Below, one piece after another: positions 37,831 to 44,670 of a DNA stretch of 44,670 nt. The notes under the pieces were generated by a model. The model had not been told where the DNA came from, did not search any database, and worked only from the letters and a program-made list of their open reading frames with translations. Source of the stretch: Octopus bimaculoides (lineage: Eukaryota); contig NC_068983.1 of assembly GCF_001194135.2 (NCBI RefSeq), positions 90,536,308-90,580,977 on the forward strand. Reading direction: 5' to 3'. The number at the start of each line of letters is the position of its first letter. The first letter of the stretch is position 1. Both the position numbers and the translations under genes were made by a program.

Positions 37831-38824
37831 CTGATTGATGGAGTGTGACCTACAAAAAGTGATAGAGCAAATGTGTCCACTCTCTCAAATGAAGCTTTCC
37901 TTCTATTTTCCATATTAGTAATGAATGAAAAACCATTACAAGAACAAGTTACAAAGATGGTAGAGATTTTCATCATAAACTTATTGAGAAAAACAAGCAT
38001 GGAAAAACAATAAAGATATGAAATGAAACTGCTGCCTAAAACCAATCAAAGAACCCCAAAGATTCAGGTTTAACCTTACTACCAAAAATAGTACCCTTTC
38101 CTAAATGTTCTCTAGCCTACAGGTGCATGCTAGAAGGCTTGTTCACCTTTCTTTGCAAGTTTGTGCTGTGACTTCCATTATAGCTTTGAAAAAATAACTG
38201 TTAAAATCGAACTGCACACTTCAGAACTTGTACTAAGAATAAGTACATGGTAAAATTACTACCTGCTTTTATAGCAAGTTGATGCAGGTAGTTTATCCTG
38301 CCCTCCTCCGACTTTTAGTTCATGCAATTGAAAAAACTGCATTATTTATGGGATGACCCAATACTTGGAGACAATGTAATACTGCTCTATTTACTTATAG
38401 CCACTCAGTTTTTCCACAACTTGGAGAAAAAAAAAACATGTAATTCTCTTCCAAACCTCTACCTCTTTCAGAAATGACAGTGTAAAGACATTATGAAACT
38501 TTAGCACACAGATAGACTACCTGATACTTGTAAGCTTGACATCATTTTCCAAGATAAAAATAATAATACCATATAAATTATCAATATAACAACACCTAGT
38601 GTATCTGTTGTTGTGAAGAAATGACATTATTTTTTCTAACATAGATGAGAGTCAAAGACACAAATTTGCAAAGTGATCTCTGATGGATTTTAACTACTAC
38701 CACTATGTAGTAGTTCAAATAGAAATAATAATCAACATCATTACCATTGTCATTGTAATTGTTCATCATTCATTTGGCAACTAACAACTAAGTTTTGATA
38801 GTTTCCATACTTTTTTCTATTTAG

Positions 38825-38924
38825 AGACAAAATAGCAACTGGATCATTTGACAAGACATTTAGGTTATGGAATACAGAAACAGGAAATTGTTACCGCACC
38901 CACCGAGGTCACACAGCTGAAATT
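38825..38924 (+). CDS. DAW1: DAW1 exon (100 nt): [33 protein letters not shown]
   Basis: TAG acceptor, GTTAAG donor; WD40 repeat. Confidence 0.93.
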
Positions 38925-39914
38925 GTTAAGTTTTAATTTCATTTTTTTACTTTGAGTGTCTGTACATTTGTAAATGTGTATGTATAGAAATTTGAGAGAT
39001 AGAACTTAGAAGGTAAACTGTAATTCAAAGGGCCAACCTTATCAGACATTGTGTTGGGCTGGCTCTGCCTAAGGATTATGTTAAGGATAGAAGCATTGGA
39101 GGAATACTCAGTCACAAAGGCTACAACTAGTAGATATTTTTGTTACTCAAAAAACTTGGAGAATGTGTATCGCTGTCTGTGTCATATACACTCTGATATA
39201 TGATGATATGGAGAATGATAATGGCGTCAGAGGAAATAAAGAATTATTTATTTCCTCTCAAATACTTTCTATTATCAATTAGGAAGCTTCTAAATTGAAC
39301 TAAAAAAATTCTTATTTTATTATTGTCTAAAACATACAGATAGTTGAGTTATTAGAACATCAGAATTATGTGCATTGTAGTATGCAGTTTGGTACCTAAT
39401 TTCTCTAGGTTCAAATCTCAGTGATATTAAACTTACCTTTCATCTTTCCAAGCTTCAATGAAAAAGTACCAGTTGACTAAAAGTTAATCTTGCTTGTTTT
39501 GTGATGAAAAACTATGGAAACTGAAGAGTCATTAGTAATGATTTTTACATAGGGTGTAGTTGATTGAATCAACTCCCAGCACATTTCTTATATTTATTTA
39601 ACAGAATGAAGAGCAAAATTGTTGAGACATGAAAGTAAACACTGCCAAATATTTAATCTATTGAGGCATAATTTTTATTGCTATACTGCCTTTAAGACAC
39701 ACTGCTACAATTAAAACTACAATCTACAATTAAGACTGATAAACAATCAAAATAGTGCTGGAGAAAAATCCATAAAAGATGAACTTAATAGTCAAAAAAA
39801 TGAAGTGTTGTGTATATGTATATCTATATATGTGTGTATGTGTGTGTGCATGCATAGTCATGAGATAAATACAAAACTTTCTTATTATCAGTTGAATATA
39901 TATTACTGTATGAT

Positions 39915-40190
39915 ATTGGTCTCAAATTTTGGCTCAAGGCCAGCAATTTCAGTGAAGGAATTAAGTTGATTACACCAACACCAGTGTTCAACTGGTACAG
40001 TTGGGCAAAATGCTTTGTGGCATTTCATGTCTTTATGTTTTAAGTTCAAGTTCCACCAGGGTTGACTCTGCCTTTCATCCTTTTGGAGTCAATAAAATAA
40101 ATACCAGTTTAGCACTAGGGTTGGCATAATCAACTTACTCCCATCCCCAAAATTGTTGGCCTAGTGCCAAAATTTGAAACCATTATTATA
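39915..40190. mobile_element. Two abutting decayed SINE fragments in opposite orientation
   Basis: tctcaaattttggctcaaggccagcaatt...ctggtac is inverted relative to ataccagtttagcactagggttggcataatc...ttggcctagtgccaaaatttgaaacc. Confidence 0.5.
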
Positions 40191-40651
40191 TCACTATTTT
40201 GTATTATTAAAGTAGACTAATATACATTATTGGATCAATGAAAACTGTGTGATAACCTGTTGAATAGACTTTATCCATGATTTGAGGGCAATCCTTGTCA
40301 CACACAATGTTAATATGATTCTGTCTGTGCATTACATTAAGTGTACAAATTTTTATGGAACACTCGACCACTTACTTAATAATACAAAATTCAATGAATA
40401 AGTAGTTTATCAAACAACTGCAGTTCTTGTTCATTGAAATAGATGTGAGATCCCCTTTTATGGTATTACTTTCATTTTCTATGAATTCAAGTCCAGACAC
40501 TTTGTTTTAAAAAGACATTTACACACTGATTCATTAAAAAATCATTATTTGTACCACGTTCCAGCAGGACCTGGATAAATTATTTGCTTATTTATTCTTA
40601 ATACATCTAGGCAGGTTCAGACTCAAAAATATGCTGATTGCTGCAGTGTCT

Positions 40652-40695
40652 GTCCAGCTGATGAGACAACATATTGAAACACTAGTGTCCCAGAA
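40652..40695 (+). ncRNA. Decayed minimal type-I hammerhead ribozyme (Penelope-associated type)
   Basis: CTGATGA (40658-40664), G, short stem II, T, GAAA (40676-40679), C, palindromic ACTAGT, GTC cleavage triplet (40687-40689). Stem I pairs at only 3 of 6 positions. Confidence 0.45.
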
Positions 40696-40878
40696 TCCTG
40701 TGTGCCAATGAGCCAAATGTGTTGAACATACCATCATTGTAAAATAAAGAAGTTATTCTCCTATGACATACACCACTGCAACCAACATATTTTGCATCTG
40801 AACCTGCCCAGACACATTAAGAATAAATATGTGAATAATCATACTGATTCGTGTTATATTTTTTAAAACTTTTGCCAG

Positions 40879-40986
40879 GTATGTTTGAGTTTTAACCCCC
40901 AAAGCACTATAGTTGCAACTGGCAGTATGGATACAGATGCAAAGCTGTGGGATGTACAAACTGGGAAAGAACTTTTTAATTTATCA
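40879..40986 (+). CDS. DAW1: DAW1 exon (108 nt): [36 protein letters not shown]
   Basis: CAG / GTAAGT boundaries; close match to DAW1 [25 protein letters not shown] as recalled. Confidence 0.96.
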
Positions 40987-41723
40987 GTAAGTTGACTGCT
41001 ATTTAACATCATAATAACATGAATTTTATAATATTTTGCTCTCCCCTATTCGTGTATGTGTGTGTGTGTGTATGCATGTGTGCACATACAGACCAAATTT
41101 GTGGCTGATGTAAAGTCCCAACCAAACCTAGGGTGGCATGGTGGTAGAACAGTGCACTTGACTGGGCCATTGGAGCAAAGAAATAGACCTGGAAGGGTGG
41201 CAGTAGCAAGTAACTATATCAAGTACTTTGAAGGGAAAAAGCTACCATGGATCTACCATGGATTGCTTCATTTTTAAAAACAAACTATTTTGTTATATTT
41301 TTAATCGAGGAGTAAAAAAATTTTTTAGACAGTTGATATGTTTTAGTAATTCATTTTGATCACCTACTTTAGTCGATTTATATATACTTTTTCTTGACAG
41401 GCCCTTCTATATATTTTATATTTTTATATGTGCATATATATTTTTTACCTTCTGTGCTTATATATATGTATTTCTTTTTATGTGTTGAAGGCCACGGTAT
41501 TATTTGTATATGAGGAAATGTATACAAGCATGGGGTTATATAAAGTCGTTGGCCCAAATTTGATGTTTGTTCTCTAATTAATGATTTATCTATAATATAA
41601 ATTGAAGTTGGCCGAGCGTTGTATTCTTTCTCGTCTTGAGGTTCACGACCAAACGGCTGGGTGGATTTGTGTGAAAATGGCACACATGTGGAGACGGGTG
41701 CATAGATTGGAACGCACTTTCTA

Positions 41724-42614
41724 TTTTTTCCTAGCCCCCATACTTACAGAGAAAATCAATTAAAACAACTTGCGTGCGTGCGTGCGTGTATGTGAGTGTG
41801 TGTCACTTAAGCCATTCATACATATATACATATAATCTCTCTCTCTCATATGCACACACATCATCAACATTACTCTCTCTGTCTCTTCACACACACTCAC
41901 AAAAGCAATTTATATACACACCACACATTCTGTCTTGCACACCCCATCAAACACACACATGCGCACGCACGCACATCAATTCTTCCGTCTCATGCAACTT
42001 CAAGAGAACTTCACTGATACAACCGCACTCTCTCTGTCTCTTTCGCTTTCACACCGACTTCAGAAGATCCCCTTTTTTCCCCAACCATATATTAAAAAAA
42101 ATATTTTCACTTGTTCTGGCATTGCTATTACAGACAAATTCACAATTCGACTTGAGAGATAAACACAAACCACCTCGTGCTGACTGCAAAACTCCCGCCA
42201 AATTATCCACAAAAGCACACACACACACACACACGTCTATCTCATATATCTTCTTTCAATTTCTGCTCTGATTAAACAAACGTCTAATACAATAGCTCTC
42301 AGCCACATTTTGTTTTCTAAAAAGGTACGTGTCTATTTTTTGTATAAGCGTATAACAATGACTTTTATCTTCACTTTTCTCAAATTGGATATGTCTGCTA
42401 TTAAGTTGCAGAACTTTGGCAGTACAATTACAAATCATTTCTGCTTTACTTCTTACATACAATTTCCCCGTAAATTCTTACAGCTTCATTTTTTGGTGAT
42501 GATTGAAATGTCAAACATTTTCTAACTGTTAAAGCAATTATTAACGTCACCTTCTTAATGCCTCTTATATTTTTTTCCTAGCCCCCATACTTACTGAGAA
42601 AATCGATTAAAACA
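41724..42614. repeat. 44-bp direct repeat (41724-41767 and 42571-42614), 2 mismatches
   Basis: ttttttcctagcccccatacttac(a/t)gagaaaatc(a/g)attaaaaca. Confidence 0.85.
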
Positions 42615-43177
42615 TTTTTTAATGCAAATCTCCTCTTTCTTCCGCCATTAAAACAACCAGTTGCCCACACAGCAACAAGGGGACTACAGGATGACAGTCA
42701 GCCAAAACTTTCGCTATGCTGTCTCTCTTCTTTCACCTCTTTGTGGAGTTAATTATCTTCATCTTTAGTTACAGTTTCTCATTCAAACTACATAATACGC
42801 AGAATTGTCGCATTAATACAGTAGGGTGATTTGGCTGCTATTTCTACCAGGTCTACCTACCATGTAGAGGTCTGAACTTAATTTTCATTCACAGATTTGC
42901 ATTTCAAAAATTTAACATAATCTTTTCCATAAATCAACTATCGTAAACATTTTCTACCATGACCTCACATTTTCTATGTATGTGAGCGTACCTTAAAAGA
43001 TGTGATTAGACAGAAGTCCAATAGAATAGTTCTCAGAAACAGACTACGTACAAATTCTTTCTTCACAACTCCTGAAGCTGTTTTCTGCGAAGATATTTTG
43101 GAAAGACTTCTGCACCCCCCCTCCTTTTCTCCCAAATTTGTTTATTAAAAAAATTTTTTTTTGTAAAAAATCCCTGT

Positions 43178-43891
43178 NNNNNNNNNNNNNNNNNNNNNNN
43201 NNNNNNNNNNNNNNNNNNNNNNNNNNNNNNNNNNNNNNNNNNNNNNNNNNNNNNNNNNNNNNNNNNNNNNNNNNNNNNNNNNNNNNNNNNNNNNNNNNNN
43301 NNNNNNNNNNNNNNNNNNNNNNNNNNNNNNNNNNNNNNNNNNNNNNNNNNNNNNNNNNNNNNNNNNNNNNNNNNNNNNNNNNNNNNNNNNNNNNNNNNNN
43401 NNNNNNNNNNNNNNNNNNNNNNNNNNNNNNNNNNNNNNNNNNNNNNNNNNNNNNNNNNNNNNNNNNNNNNNNNNNNNNNNNNNNNNNNNNNNNNNNNNNN
43501 NNNNNNNNNNNNNNNNNNNNNNNNNNNNNNNNNNNNNNNNNNNNNNNNNNNNNNNNNNNNNNNNNNNNNNNNNNNNNNNNNNNNNNNNNNNNNNNNNNNN
43601 NNNNNNNNNNNNNNNNNNNNNNNNNNNNNNNNNNNNNNNNNNNNNNNNNNNNNNNNNNNNNNNNNNNNNNNNNNNNNNNNNNNNNNNNNNNNNNNNNNNN
43701 NNNNNNNNNNNNNNNNNNNNNNNNNNNNNNNNNNNNNNNNNNNNNNNNNNNNNNNNNNNNNNNNNNNNNNNNNNNNNNNNNNNNNNNNNNNNNNNNNNNN
43801 NNNNNNNNNNNNNNNNNNNNNNNNNNNNNNNNNNNNNNNNNNNNNNNNNNNNNNNNNNNNNNNNNNNNNNNNNNNNNNNNNNNNNNNNNNN
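43178..43891. other. Assembly gap (714 N)
   Basis: Run of N. Confidence 1.
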
Positions 43892-43980
43892 GAGAAACGC
43901 TGTTATAGATTATGCCTAACTGAAAACGATCACAGCCACATTATCCAAACAGACCGGGTGAAACCAGGCTTAGCTGCTAG
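43892..43980 (+). mobile_element. Helitron 3' end (second copy)
   Basis: CCGGG-tgaaa-CCAGG hairpin with one mismatch (43954-43968), 8 nt, then CTAG (43977-43980) followed by T; same geometry as 23260-23287. Confidence 0.55.
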
Positions 43981-44670
43981 TATATATATATATATATATA
44001 CATATACCTCATTCTTTGAACAATATATATATATATATATATATATACCTCATCCTTTGAACAATATATATATATATATATATCTATATATACACACACA
44101 CACATATATATAAGCAGTTGATCAATTTGCAAGCATCTATCAATGTACTGTGGACCAGTTCAACTTTTGCAGGTATCCCTGACATTTCAACATTTCCCTG
44201 ACTAAACTCTCGGCCCTTTGATGTCTCTGCCACTTCCAAAAAAGTGTCATTTCATCATGTTGAACCATTAATCCCTACACATTTCTCTTCTCTCTCCGTA
44301 TTTTTTGTTCTCCCTCCTTTTTTGCCTTCTCAATCCTTTCTGTTGAAGAGCGAAGGCTCAAAGCATCAAAGACTTTTCCATTCTTCCCAAGTCTCAAACT
44401 AACACACCTACTTGTGGTTCCTTCACCTGTCTTCATCTTTTGTTTTCTGTAAATTTGAACTTTGTGTGTGTGTGTGTGTCTTACTAAAACGGGCGTTATG
44501 TCCGTCTTGTGGTGTGTGCGTACGAGTAGATGTAATCGCCTTACCTCGGTTTTCCTTTCCTCGACTGCGAGTCTGTCTTGCGGTAGCCAATCCTTGAAGC
44601 TTGCCCCGACCCAAAGTACACCAGGAATAGCAGCTGCCTCTCCCAAACCTAGACCGTCGCTTAACACGTT

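Noticed and set aside
43138-43908. 256-aa ORF
   Set aside because: Artifact of translating the N gap.

Overview
AT-rich, repeat-dense animal DNA with two assembly gaps. The SINE/RTE/microsatellite style suggests an octopus (coleoid cephalopod), which is an inference. The only host gene I can support is a DAW1/WDR69/ODA16 ortholog (WD40 dynein assembly factor) on the + strand, with six internal coding exons between 26302 and 40986 that splice into one open frame. Its first exons and its 3' half are not visible. The most striking observation is a minor-spliceosome (U12-type) intron at 26394-27653 with an ATATCCTTT donor and a TTCTTTAAC branch site. Protein homology places its acceptor at a non-canonical AA, with in-frame AC and AG alternatives 6 nt downstream and 3 nt upstream. 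The rest is transposon-derived: an RTE LINE 3' end with an open frame; a nested stack (Penelope split by a Mag-like Ty3/gypsy element, which itself holds a tRNA-SINE and a Tx1/L1 LINE); a second LTR-bounded gypsy; a second Penelope RT; three mariner relics; a hAT MITE; two Helitron 3' ends; a decayed minimal hammerhead ribozyme; and several unexplained palindromes and repeats. Alignments, counts and ortholog comparisons were done by eye or from memory and need computational confirmation.
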